Source: Clostridiales bacterium
GTDB taxonomy: Bacteria > Bacillota > Dehalobacteriia > UBA7702
NCBI GenBank assembly: GCA_040766505.1
Contig: JAXGQJ010000010.1
Location: 268 to 64,267 of the forward strand
Reading direction: 5' to 3'
Length of the DNA: 64,000 bases
Part shown: one piece after another, positions 31,253 through 41,629 of the stretch
Position numbering within the stretch: the first letter of the stretch is position 1
Layout: each line of letters begins with the position of its first letter
The notes under the pieces: model-generated
Database searches by the model: none
What the model was told of the DNA's origin: nothing
What the model saw: only the letters and a program-made list of their open reading frames with translations
Program-made: the position numbers and the translations under genes

Positions 31253-31902
31253 ATGAAAACTAAAAAAACCAAAACCGCGGCTTTCTGGAAAAGAGCAAAG
31301 CGACATCGGAAGGCGGCCTGCATTGTCCTATTGGTTCTGGTTGGAGCCTTTGGCAGCTTACCGTTGTGGCAGGAGGAAGGCATCATTGCCCAAGACCAAT
31401 TGATCCGCTTCCACGTGATCGCCAATAGCGACAGTGTCGCCGACCAAGATGTGAAACTGATGGTGCGGGATGCCATTCTCGATTATATCCATCCGATGTT
31501 GAACGAAGCGACAAGTGAGGCGGCGGCCTATGAATTGCTTGCCGCCCACAGCGAAAAGATCACCGACATCGCCGAAGCGGTGCTGGAGGAGGAAGGCTTC
31601 GGCTATGGCGCCCGGCGAATCTCGGTACGAGCAAATTCCCCACAAAGGCCTATGGCGATCTTGTACTTCCCGCCGGAACTTACCGGGCGCTTCGGGTTGA
31701 GCTTGGAGAAGCCGAAGGGAAAAACTGGTGGTGCGTGCTTTTTCCGCCCCTCTGCTATGTGAACATTTCCGAAGGCGTCGCCGTTGCCACGGCAAAGCAC
31801 AGCGATCTAATTTTGGATGGCGATGGAGAAAGCCGCCCGGCGGACGCCGGCATACAAAAAACGGAAATCAAATTTAAACTGCTGGAACTTTTGGATCAAT
31901 GA
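31253..31902 (+). pseudogene. spoIIR: Stage II sporulation protein R; two phase shifts near 31615-31645
   Basis: A TM/signal segment, then IRFHVIANSDSVADQDVKLMVRDAIL. The C-terminus EQFPTKAYGDLVLPAGTYRALRVELGEAEGKNWWCVLFPPLCYV lies in another phase and ends at 31902. Confidence 0.85.
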
Positions 31903-32278
31903 ATCTGGGCAGATACATTCATTCAAAAATCAGGGCCCCTCATCGAGAAGTCCAGCTTTGCATGGCTTGGCTTGTAGATTTTATCGACAGCCTGGCCCTC
32001 CGTCGGTGCGCTATATTCATACATTTGCAAGCGGGGCTTTGTCACACCTCAAACGGCCCCCAGCTACAGAACAATAATTTAGGTTCTTCGCTCCATACGG
32101 CGGTTTTGCTTCTTTCTAAAAACCTTTTCCATTTCCCACAGCCGCCCCACGGCGGCCTTTTTTGCCGCTTTCTTTCATGCAAATAAGAGGAAAACGGCGG
32201 CGCAGCCGGAGAAGCCTTCGCAACAAAACCGGTTTCCGGTCGTTATATGAATAGACGGGGAGAAATGGGGGAGAGGAA

Positions 32279-33022
32279 ATGAAGCATCTGGCACGCCTGG
32301 TTTTGGTCGCCGCCGGTACGGCATTGGCGATCAATGGATTGTTTGTCGCCGGTATCAGCAATTTCAATATTGGTTATCTGCTGGCCATTGGCATCGGCGC
32401 CGTTTTGTTTTTATATGGCGTTTTCTTTTCCAAAATCAACCGAGCCACCGCGAAAAGGTGGGAAATGGCTGCGTTACCTGGTCTATGCCGGTTTTCTCTT
32501 CCTGTTTGGCGTCGTCGCCTTTCTGGCCGTCTATGGCCAGAGGGACAATGTTACCTTTGCGGAAGACGCTTTGATCGTTCTCGGCGCCGGCATCCACGGC
32601 GAGCGGGTCAGCCTGACTTTGGCCAAAGACTGGAGGCCGCCATCGCCTATTATGAGCGGAATCCCAAGGTTCTGCTGGTTGTCAGCGGCGGCCAAGGCCC
32701 CCAGGAAGACATCAGCGAAGCCCTGGCGATGGAACGCTATCTGATCGAACGGGGCATTCCCCGGGCGGATCATAAAAGAAGAAAAGGCCGCCAGCACCTA
32801 TGAAATTTTCTCTTTTCCAAAGCGCTGCTGGATGAAAAATCGGCGCGGAATACGAAACCGCTTTCACCACCAATGGCTTCCATATCTATCGAGCCGGCCG
32901 CATCGGCCATGCCGCCGGTCTGGACGTCCGCCATTGCCATGCCGCCACCCAAAATTATCTGCTGGCGGTGACCTATCCAAGGAGTTTTGGCGGTTATGAA
33001 GCTCTGGGTGTTCGGCGTTTAA
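32279..33022 (+). pseudogene. YdcF/DUF218 family membrane-anchored protein, several phase shifts
   Basis: An N-terminal TM region, then ALIVLGAGIHGERVSLTLA, VVSGGQGPQEDISEALAMERYLIERGIP, STYENFLFSK, TTNGFHIYRAG and a YPREFLAVMKLWVFGV* tail, spread over three phases. Confidence 0.65.
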
Positions 33023-33064
33023 ACCATCAATGTGACATGGATTTGATTGACGGGGAAAAGAACG

Positions 33065-33737
33065 ATGATCAGAATTTTGATTGCTAGGAGGATGAGCCGA
33101 GCATAGCCAATTTGGTTGCGGTTAATTTGCAAAAACAGGGCTATACCTGCGTTTGTGCCCATGACGGCATCCGTGCCGCGGACCTTTGCGAAGGGGAACC
33201 GTTTGACCTCGTCCTGCTCGACATTATGTTGCCCGGCATAGATGGCTATGGGCTTTTGGAATATTTGCGGCCTCTCGGCATACCGGTGATTTTCATGACG
33301 GCAAAAGATCAGGTGCCCGAAAGGGTGCGGGGCCTGCGCCAGGGAGCGGAAGACTATATCTGCAAGCCTTTTGAGATCATCGAATTGATCGCAAGGGTAG
33401 AGGTCGTTTTGGGCCGATACAATAAACTGAAATCTGTTTTGGAATATAAAGGCTTGACCATCGATACCGTCGCCCGGACAGTATATAGGGAGACGCGCCT
33501 GTGGAGCTTACCCCGATGGAATTTGAGCTTTTGGTTTTCCTGGTGCGCAATAAGGGGATCGCCCTGTTTCGGGACAGGATATATGAGGAGGTTTGGGGCG
33601 GCGGCGAGATAGAGGAAACGCGCACGGTGGACCTGCATATCCAGCGTCTGCGAAAAAAACTCGAACTGGAAGACGAATTAAAATCCGTCTACAAGGTGGG
33701 CTATCGGCTTGAGGAAATGAAAGCAAGCGCCGACTAA
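33065..33737 (+). pseudogene. OmpR-family response regulator; phase shifts near 33085 and 33500
   Basis: MIRILIA / EDEPSIANLVAVNLQKQGY...DLVLLDIMLPGIDG...MTAKD, and a winged-helix C-terminus LTPMEFELLVFLVRNKG...TRTVDLHIQRLRKKL...VYKVGYRL. Confidence 0.85.
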
Positions 33738-33805
33738 GGGGAGGGAAAGCCGTCGGCGCATCGCTGGCGCATCCTTTTGCCGGTGATTGCAAAGGAGATG
33801 AGGAA

Positions 33806-35244
33806 TTGAAATTTGCCTGGAAGGTCTTTTTCTTTGTCGTTTTTATTATGATCGTATCTTTCGGTTTGTAAAGCTATTTTATGATCTCTTCCTCCTTCAA
33901 TTCCGCCCTCAACCGTGGAAAGGAGCAGGCAATTCGGGAGAATACCCTGCTTTGCCAGGCCATATCCGCCGCCGCATTGGATCTGGAGGATCTGTCGTCG
34001 GAAAGGCTCAATGAGGAGGAAGCGGAACAGCCGATCGTCGATGAATATCTCGCCTATATCGCGGCGCAGGTCTTCGTCTCTATCCGGGGACAGACTTGTG
34101 CCTCTGGGATGAGAATAGGGGCGTGATCTTTGGCAGCGGCGCGGAGACAAGGCCGGAACAGGTAAAACGCTTTTCAGAAAATGGACGGGTATCTATTTAT
34201 CCGGGGATGAGAACATCATTGTCGTCACCGCGCTACATCTGTGGGGCAGAAATCTGTTTGTCGAAAGCGCCTATAATATCTCCGGCCTGTATGCGACAAG
34301 AAGCGAACAGCTTTTATACTACCGGCAGACCGCCTTGGCGGTGCTTATTGTTAGCGCCATTGTGATTTTTGTACTTTCTGGCTGATCACTAGACCGTTGC
34401 GGCAGCTTGCGGCGACGTCAAGCATATTGCGGCGGGCAGCTATGGCGAACAGGTAAAGGCTGCGGGAAATGATGAGCTGGCGGTTTTCGCGCGGGGCTTC
34501 AATGCGATGGCCGACGCCCTCGAACAAAAGATAAACCAGCTGGAAGAGGGTGTGCGCCGACGCGATGAATTTGTCAACAATTTTACCCACGAGCTTAGAA
34601 CCCCCCTCACCAGCATCATCGGTTATGCCGATATGCTGAGGTCGCGGCAGCTTTTAACGGAAGAGGTTTTTTCCTGTGCGGATTTTATCTTTCGCGAGGG
34701 GAAGAGGCTTGAGGCCGTCGGCGCAAGGCTGATGGACATCGTCGTTATGAAAAACACGGAACTTCGCCCCCACTGGTTTGAAGCGAAGGACTTTTTTTCC
34801 ACCATCGCCGAAGTGACGGTGCCGCTATGCGCCGAAAATGAAATAGAGCTGGTCATGGAAACCGAGGATTGCCGGATTTATGGCGAAGAGGATCTATTGA
34901 AGATCTTGGTTTTAAACTTGATCGACAACGGGAAAAAGGCCAGCACCCCCCGGCAAAAGCTTCTTGTGACGGGAAAGCGTACAGAAACCGGCTATCATTG
35001 CACGGTGCGGGATTTTGGATCGGGCATGCCCGCCGAGGTGCTTGCCCATATCGGGGAACCCTTCTATATGGCGGATCAATCCCGGTCCCGGGCAAAGGGA
35101 GGCGTCGGCCTCGGCCTGGCGCTCTGCTTTGAAATCGCCAGGCTGCATCAAGGGAATTTGGAATTGGAAAGTGAGCCGGGAAAGGGCACGGTGGCCACTT
35201 TCTTTTTGCCGGAGATAAGGGGAGCGGGAGAGGAATCCGAATGA
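33806..35244 (+). pseudogene. Sensor histidine kinase (HisKA + HATPase_c), several disruptions in the N-terminal half
   Basis: TTG start after aaaggag. TM segment KFAWKVFFFVVFIMIVSFGL, an in-phase TAA at 33869-33871, then further phase changes. The intact C-terminal ORF 34507-35244 has the H-box FTHELRTPLTS, the N box LNLIDNGKKAS and the G box DFGSGMP...GLGLAL. Confidence 0.85.
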
Positions 35245-36236
35245 ATGATGAAAACAAAAAAAACATAAAAAGCATGGTCCTATACGGGATGGGCGTGGCC
35301 GTTCTGATCGCCGCCGTGGCGGGGGCCGCTTTTCTGCCCGAAATCTTTCTCGATTATAAGGATAGACGCGGTCAGTCCCAGGTCGAAGCCATTGAGATCC
35401 TTGAAATTGACGCTGGCGCGAGATTGGAGCTCACGAGAGATGAGAAACTCAGCCTGATGGGACAGGGCACGATCTACAACTGGATCGGACAGCCCGACAA
35501 TACGGGTTTTGCGGGGCAGGTTTATGCCTGGTCCAACCAACTTGACACCCCGGCCCTGCGGGAGCTTCGAAAAAAATATGCCAGTGGAGAGATCCGGGGC
35601 GTGCAGATGTATCCGCGGGATGCCGGCAGAAAAATCGGGAAGGAAGAGCTGGAAAAGATCAGGGAGGAGATGACAAAGCTCTCGGAATTCGGCGGCTTTC
35701 CCGATTCCGTCTCTAAAATCGATTTCAGCCGGCCCGCTTCCCAAATGAAATTGGTGATCAATCTCGATGATCCGCCGGTGAATTTTGAAACATGGAACCT
35801 GTCCCTGATGACAACCCCCATCAATTCAGCCGTCCCGGTCGTCGATAAAGAATCCTATATGGCGATCTCCGCCAATTCCGTCGATCTGACCGTTGATAAA
35901 GAAACCCGGCGGATCTATGCCTATCAGTTTTTCGGTATCCTGGATGAGGGCGGGGAAATTTCGGTGAAAACGATCGCCGTCGGTATGGCGAAATACTGGG
36001 GATTTGACGCGGACCAGGTCAGGGAATGGCGCGGAAGCGCGGATATTGAAATTCCCTCCGAGGAAGCGGCCCAAGAGATGGAAACCCCGGAAACGCCGGC
36101 GGAAGCCAATCCCGGAAGGGTAGACTTTTTTAAATTTAACAATCAAATCGGCATTGCCATCCTGACGGCGCGGAATGCGGAGCAGCATAGCGTCGTAGAA
36201 GTATACCCCATCGTATACGGGGAAATAGGAACCTGA
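35241..36236 (+). CDS. Hypothetical membrane-anchored protein, third gene of the two-component operon
   Basis: The start overlaps the kinase stop (ATGA). It has one TM segment (VLYGMGVAVLIAAVAGAAFL) and a predicted external domain of about 290 aa. I recognise no family. Confidence 0.5.
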   Translation: MNDENKKNIKSMVLYGMGVAVLIAAVAGAAFLPEIFLDYKDRRGQSQVEAIEILEIDAGARLELTRDEKLSLMGQGTIYNWIGQPDNTGFAGQVYAWSNQLDTPALRELRKKYASGEIRGVQMYPRDAGRKIGKEELEKIREEMTKLSEFGGFPDSVSKIDFSRPASQMKLVINLDDPPVNFETWNLSLMTTPINSAVPVVDKESYMAISANSVDLTVDKETRRIYAYQFFGILDEGGEISVKTIAVGMAKYWGFDADQVREWRGSADIEIPSEEAAQEMETPETPAEANPGRVDFFKFNNQIGIAILTARNAEQHSVVEVYPIVYGEIGT

Positions 36237-36375
36237 TCCCCTGTATGGCCCTTTTCCGGGAGATGCAAAACGGATACAAATGCCTGATACCATAAACAAG
36301 CCTTTTATAGAAGAGGCTTGTTTTCTGTTTGATCCGCTTTATATGGAAATGAACAGATGGATAGGAGGGCCGGTG

Positions 36376-37059
36376 ATGCCAAACATTTGTCGGGTTTCGG
36401 AGTATTCGGAATATGAATCCTTCGCATCCTCCCATGAGAAGGGACATTTTTTGCAATCGGAAAGATGGGCGCGGCTCAAATCGAATTGGGGCCGTGTCTT
36501 TTTGCTGGCGAAAGACAGCGATGGCAAGACCATAGGGGCGGTTTCCGCCCTGTTGCGTCCTTTGCCGGGAATCAGGCGTTCGCTGATGGTCTGCGCCAGG
36601 GGACCGGTCTGTGATCCGGGGGATGAAGAGACCTATGAGGCCCTTTTGCGGGCTTTGATCGCGGAGGCCAAAAGCCGCCGCTGCTATTGCCTCCGTTTCG
36701 AACCGGAGCTTTTGTCCGACGATGAAAAGGTGAGGAAGCTGCTCCCGGCCTTGGGTTTCCTGAAAATGGACGGCGCTTCCGGCGACCGGCACAGAACCGT
36801 CAAGGCTTCCGCGCTTCTGCATGATCGAGCCATCGGCGACGCCATTCAGCGTGGGGACCGGCTTTATGATTTTCGGGGGGTTTCCGGCTATGGCGATGAA
36901 AAAAGCCCGGCCTATGGGATCTACCGCTTCAAAAAAGGATTCGGCGGGGATTTGGTTGCCTTGGCCGGCGCTTATGAATTGGTTTTTAATCGGAAGGTCA
37001 ATGACTTAACAAAGCTCGGCCAATCCCTGCTTAAAAAATGGCGAAGGGTCAAAGTATGA
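36376..37059 (+). CDS. FemAB-family (peptidoglycan interpeptide-bridge aminoacyltransferase) protein, apparently missing its central part
   Basis: HFLQSERWARLKSNWG, RSLMVCARGPV and C-terminal LYDFRGVSG...YGIYRFKKGFGG. It is only about 227 aa, against roughly 330 or more aa as I recall for the family. The sequence jumps from GFLKMDGASGDRHRTV to ALLHDRAIGDAIQRG. Confidence 0.6.
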   Translation: MPNICRVSEYSEYESFASSHEKGHFLQSERWARLKSNWGRVFLLAKDSDGKTIGAVSALLRPLPGIRRSLMVCARGPVCDPGDEETYEALLRALIAEAKSRRCYCLRFEPELLSDDEKVRKLLPALGFLKMDGASGDRHRTVKASALLHDRAIGDAIQRGDRLYDFRGVSGYGDEKSPAYGIYRFKKGFGGDLVALAGAYELVFNRKVNDLTKLGQSLLKKWRRVKV

Positions 37060-37075
37060 AAAGCCCCGTCCAAAG

Positions 37076-37114
37076 AACCGGCGTTTTCCTTTGTTGGAAA
37101 ACGTCGGTTTTTTC
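37076..37114 (+). terminator. Rho-independent terminator
   Basis: aaccggcgttttcc (37076-37089) pairs with ggaaaacgtcggtt (37096-37109), followed by a T-run. Confidence 0.75.
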
Positions 37115-37220
37115 TTTGGGGGGCTTTGCCATTGGCGACAAATTCTTTGCCCCGGGGGATTTATAATTGGTATAGGCTTGGTAGTTTTGTCATAGTTATA
37201 GTGTGAGGGAGGCTATCGTT

Positions 37221-38114
37221 TTGACCACCTATACCGTATATGCCGACATCCTGTTTTTAATCAATTTTCTGTTGGATTTTATTCTGCTTTATGCGGTTTC
37301 CCGTTTCGGCGCTTTTCATGCCAGCAAGAAGAGGCTTTTCTTTGCGTCGCTGGCCGGGGCCGTCTACGGGGTATTGCTTGTTTTCCCTTCCCTGCAGATG
37401 CTGGGGAATTTTTTCTTCAAGCTATTGGCCTCCTTCCTGATTGTCCGCATCGCCTTTCCGCGTTTAACCCGGCGGAAATACATGGCGGCGGTGGCCTATT
37501 TCTATTTGATCAGTTTCGCGATGGCCGGAGCGGTCATCGGCGGAACGGCGCTGTTAAAGGGCATGGGATTTGCCGATGCCGGCTTCACCTTCACCGCCGC
37601 CACCCTGGTTTTTGCGCTCCTGATCTGCCTCGCCCTTTCCAAGTGGGGGGTTGATTATGTTAAGAAAAACTTTCTCCGCAACAGCTATGTGGAAGTGATC
37701 GACATTCATTTCAATGGCAAAAGCGCCAGGGTCAATGCGCTGATCGATACCGGCAATGAATTGGTGGATCCCATTAGCAAAAAGCCGGTGATTGTCGCGG
37801 AGTTCGATGCCGTGCGGGATCTGCTGCCCTTTTCTTTGCAGGATGCTTTTATGCGCCATGGCCGTGGCGATGTGGCGCGCATTCTTACGGATTTGATGGA
37901 GAAATCCATCGTCAGGTCTTTGCGCCTCGTGCCGTTTTCCAGCATCGGCAAAGCCAATGGCCTTCTCCTCGGTTTCAAACCGGAGCTGGTGCTTATACCA
38001 GACAGAGGCCATTGCCAATTGGAGGATACCGTGGTTTGCCTTTATTGGGGGAAAATCCATACCCGGGACGATTGCCGTTGCATTATCAATCCAGCGATTT
38101 TTGATTTAATTTAA
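37221..38114 (+). CDS. spoIIGA: Sigma-E processing peptidase SpoIIGA
   Basis: ORF 37203-38114. The TTG at 37221 lies 8 nt after gagggagg. There are five TM segments, then the aspartic protease motif ALIDTGNELVDPISKKPVIV. Confidence 0.9.
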   Translation: MTTYTVYADILFLINFLLDFILLYAVSRFGAFHASKKRLFFASLAGAVYGVLLVFPSLQMLGNFFFKLLASFLIVRIAFPRLTRRKYMAAVAYFYLISFAMAGAVIGGTALLKGMGFADAGFTFTAATLVFALLICLALSKWGVDYVKKNFLRNSYVEVIDIHFNGKSARVNALIDTGNELVDPISKKPVIVAEFDAVRDLLPFSLQDAFMRHGRGDVARILTDLMEKSIVRSLRLVPFSSIGKANGLLLGFKPELVLIPDRGHCQLEDTVVCLYWGKIHTRDDCRCIINPAIFDLI

Positions 38115-38135
38115 AATCATAAAGGGGGGATTTCC

Positions 38136-38858
38136 TTGAAACATTTTAGATCCATCGAGGATTGGCTGCCCCTTCTCATTCTGCGCCTTTTAAGGAAAGA
38201 GGAGGAGGAGGGAATTTTTTATGTGGGGGGCAGCGAGGTGCTGCCGCCGCCCCTTACCCTGGAGGAGGAAAGGGGCCTGTTGAGCCGCATGGAAATGGGG
38301 GATGCCAATGTTCGCAGCACCTTGATCGAAAGGAATTTGCGCCTGGTGGTCTATATCGCCCGCCGTTTTGAGAATACCGGCGTCAATATTGAGGATCTCG
38401 TTTCCATCGGCACCATCGGCTTGATTAAGGCGGTCAATACCTTTGATCCCGGCAAAAAAATCAAATTGGCCACCTATGCTTCTCGCTGCATTGAAAATGA
38501 AATCCTGATGTTTCTGCGCCGCAACTGCCGCACCCGCGGGGAAATCTCCTTTGACGAACCCCTGAATGTGGATTGGGACGGCAATGAGCTCCTCCTATCT
38601 GATATTATGGGCACCGACGGCGATCTATGCTATCGCGGCATTGAGGATGAAGTGGACAAAACCTTGCTGCGCCTTGCGATGGAAAAATTGAACCAGCGAG
38701 AAAAAACCATTGTGGAGCTGCGTTTTGGCCTGAACAATGACGGGGAAGAAAACCCAGAAGGAGGTTGCCGATGTTCTCGGCATCTCCCAAGCTATATTTC
38801 CCGCTTGGAAAAAAGGATCATCAAAAGGCTTAGGAAGGAGATCCGCAAGATGGATTGA
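38136..38858 (+). CDS. sigE: Sporulation sigma factor SigE (pro-sigma-E); the ORF is open but region 4.2 is garbled by two compensating 1-nt losses
   Basis: [49 protein letters not shown] and [19 protein letters not shown]. The stretch [13 protein letters not shown] reads [13 protein letters not shown] in the adjacent phase. The phase is restored at cccaagc before [14 protein letters not shown]. Confidence 0.9.
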   Translation: MKHFRSIEDWLPLLILRLLRKEEEEGIFYVGGSEVLPPPLTLEEERGLLSRMEMGDANVRSTLIERNLRLVVYIARRFENTGVNIEDLVSIGTIGLIKAVNTFDPGKKIKLATYASRCIENEILMFLRRNCRTRGEISFDEPLNVDWDGNELLLSDIMGTDGDLCYRGIEDEVDKTLLRLAMEKLNQREKTIVELRFGLNNDGEENPEGGCRCSRHLPSYISRLEKRIIKRLRKEIRKMD

Positions 38859-38937
38859 AGCGAGAATCGTAGGCATGGGCCCGTCTCCCTTGGCTCTTTG
38901 ATGGAACGGCAACAATAAAAGGGCGGCGCCCAAGAAA

Positions 38938-38981
38938 AACGGCGGCGGCATCCGGCAGGAACCGCCGCCGTTTGGTTCGTT
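38938..38981 (+). terminator. Rho-independent terminator after sigE
   Basis: aacggcggcgg (38938-38948) pairs with ccgccgccgtt (38962-38972), followed by tggttcgtt. Confidence 0.65.
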
Positions 38982-39127
38982 AAAGGCGCGGCGCGAAGCG
39001 ATACGGTGCAGGCTTTTCGACAGCATCCGCCAGGGTTCATGTATACAGTATTCTTTTCAATTTCTCTTGCAAAACCGCCTTGCCTTGGTATAAGATAAGG
39101 TAATACTTTAATTTGAGGTGGAATTGC

Positions 39128-40485
39128 ATGACAGAGAAAGCCTTCGGCCCCGTGGCCATTACCGATACGACCTTTCGCGACGCCCACCAATCCCTGTTGG
39201 CTACGAGAATGAAAACCGAGGATTTGCTGCCCATCGCCGAAGCCGTCGACGAGATCGGCTTTCATTCCGTGGAAATGTGGGGCGGCGCAACTTTTTGATA
39301 CCGCCATGCGTTTTTTGCAGGAGGACCCCTGGGAACGGCTGCGGGTATTGAAAAAATTCAGAAAAACCAAGACCCAGATGCTTCTGCGCGGGCAAAACCT
39401 GGTGGGCTACCGCCATTATGCCGACGATATGGTGGAGGAATTTGTGAAGAAAGCCGTAGCCAATGGCATGGACATCTTCCGCATTTTTGATGCCTTGAAC
39501 GATGCCCGCAATATGGAAAAGGCCATGGAGGCGGTAAAAAAGGAGGGGGCCCATGTCCAGGCCGCCATCTCCTATACTTTGAGCCAGTTTCATGACCTCG
39601 ATTACTATCTGAAACTGGCCGGGGAACTGCGGGAACTTGGCGCCGATTCCATCTGCATCAAGGACATGGCGGGGATCATCAGCCCGAAAGGCGCTTATGA
39701 TCTGGTGACGAATTTAAAGGAAAAGATCGGTTTGCCGGTGCAGCTCCATTGTCATTATACCAGCGGCATGGCGTCGATGGCTTATTATGAGGCGGCCCGG
39801 GCCGGCGTCGACGTGATCGACTGCGCCATTTCCTCCCTGGCCCTGCAAACCTCACAGCCCGCCATCGAATCGATGGTGGCGGCCCCGTAGCCGATACCGA
39901 CCGTGCCACCGGATCGACCTTGGCAAACTGTCGGACATTGCCGATTACTTTAAGGAAGTTCGAAAAAATACGGTGAATTTGATTTGGCGGCGGTGCATGT
40001 GGATACCAATGTGCTGCGCTACCAGATTCCCGGTGGCATGATCTCCAATTTCTATGCCCAGTTGAAGCAGCAGAACGCCCTCGATAAATTGCCCCTCGTT
40101 TTGGAAGAGGTGCCCCGGGTGCAGGCCGATTTCGGTTATCCGCCCCTCGTGACCCCTTCCAGCCAGATCGTCGGCTCCCAAGCGGTGCTCAATGTGATGG
40201 CAAAGAGCGCTATAAAATCGTCACCAATGAAGTCCGGGCCTATATGAAGGGCCAATATGGCCGCCCGCCGGCGCCGGTCAATGAAGAGGTGCGGAAAAAA
40301 ATCATCCGCAACCAGACCCCCATCGATTTTCGCCCCGCCGACGAAATCCCTCCGATGCTGGAAGAAGCAAGGAAAAGATCGGCGATAAGATCAAACAGGA
40401 AGAAGATCTGTTGACCTATTTGATGTTCCCGCCGGTGGCGGAGCAGTTCTTCGCCGAACGGGATAAGATGGAAAAAGCCGAGTAA
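39128..40485 (+). pseudogene. Carboxyltransferase subunit of the oxaloacetate decarboxylase alpha / pyruvate carboxylase B / transcarboxylase 5S type, without a biotinyl domain; several phase shifts
   Basis: [69 protein letters not shown] and PLVTPSSQIVGSQAV. It ends ...FFAERDKMEKAE* with no AMKM-type biotin motif. Confidence 0.8.
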
Positions 40486-40728
40486 AACCAAACCCTCCTG
40501 CTTTGGGGGCCAAATGGTGACGATTGTGCGGTAGGCGCGTTTTCGAGAACAGAAAGCGCGCCTTTGCCTTTGGCCGGGCGATTCCCAAAGGATCACAAAA
40601 TATGTTTGACAATCCGATGGCCTTTATTTCTCTATTTCTTATTCGCAACCAAAACTTGTTTTTTATGAATTGTTGTGATATGGTCTAATGAAACAATAAG
40701 CCAATCAATATCTCGACTGGAGATAAGC

Positions 40729-41289
40729 ATGAAAGCAAAATATTGGCTTATTCTGCTTATTTTTGCTTGCCTGGGCCTGGCTGCCGGTTCTTTCATTGCG
40801 CAGAAAAGAATAGAAGCTCGGCTGGTTTCCGACAAGCCCCTTCTGCCCATTCCCGTCTATGTCTATTATGGCATCGAACCCGGTGAAACCTTGCAATACC
40901 ATGTGTTGAATATCCAATGGCCCGATGGGGAAGCAGAGCGGATTTGGGCTGGTTATATCACCCTGGATAAGCAATTCATCGCGAAAGACAGCGGCCAAAG
41001 CCTTGGTATGGTTTTAAGAAAGAATGCTGTAACATATCATGGTTATCCGACGAGCCCCCATGGCGAGGAATTTTCCGCCTTTTATCCCAATGTTCTCTAT
41101 TATTATATCCGGCCGGTGCATGTCAGTACCGTTGATAAGGAAGTATATACGAATTATGGAGAGCTTTTTTCCCACTATGTGATGGAGAAAGATTATGCCA
41201 GCCTGCTCAAGGCCACCATGCGCCTGGATGGCTTTCAGCCAAATTGGCCCAATGATTTGCCTATGCAAATGCCTGTAATTGACGGTTGA
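40729..41289 (+). CDS. Hypothetical membrane-anchored or secreted protein
   Basis: MKAKYWLILLIFACLGLAAGSFIA N-terminus within ORF 40675-41289. I recognise no family. Confidence 0.45.
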   Translation: MKAKYWLILLIFACLGLAAGSFIAQKRIEARLVSDKPLLPIPVYVYYGIEPGETLQYHVLNIQWPDGEAERIWAGYITLDKQFIAKDSGQSLGMVLRKNAVTYHGYPTSPHGEEFSAFYPNVLYYYIRPVHVSTVDKEVYTNYGELFSHYVMEKDYASLLKATMRLDGFQPNWPNDLPMQMPVIDG

Positions 41290-41550
41290 ATTTGGCAGAG
41301 AACAGAAAGTATAAATTATAGGCCAATCCCAGGCACATAAGTACAGATATAAAGATGCGGCATTTTTGCCAAGTCTCAGGCTGTCGATAAACGTCCGATA
41401 GCGTCGTTGCACCCAAAAGGCCAGACCTTTACGTATGTCCATATACGCTGTGGGCCCGGCCTTTTCTTCGCGCCTAGCTCTAGGCCGCTTCTCGAAGCCG
41501 GCCGGACTATAGCCCAAACCGCCTCACAGCGACTTTGTCTACACTCTGAG

Positions 41551-41580
41551 CCCCGCCTTTACTTGGCGGGGATATTTTGT
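41551..41580 (+). terminator. Rho-independent terminator inside an ORF-free spacer
   Basis: ccccgcc (41551-41557) pairs with ggcgggg (41565-41571), followed by atattttgtt. Confidence 0.6.
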
Positions 41581-41629
41581 TATAATAGGATATTCTTATA
41601 ACCTGCCTGTAAGGCGGAAAAGAGGTTTT

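Noticed and set aside
33869-33871. An in-phase TAA between the first TM segment and the extracellular region of the histidine kinase (…VSFGL*SYFMISSSF…).
   Set aside because: The most economical explanation is the same paired-indel artefact, or a point error, in a gene with several other disruptions. There is no recoding signal and no pattern of TAA at conserved sense positions in intact genes.
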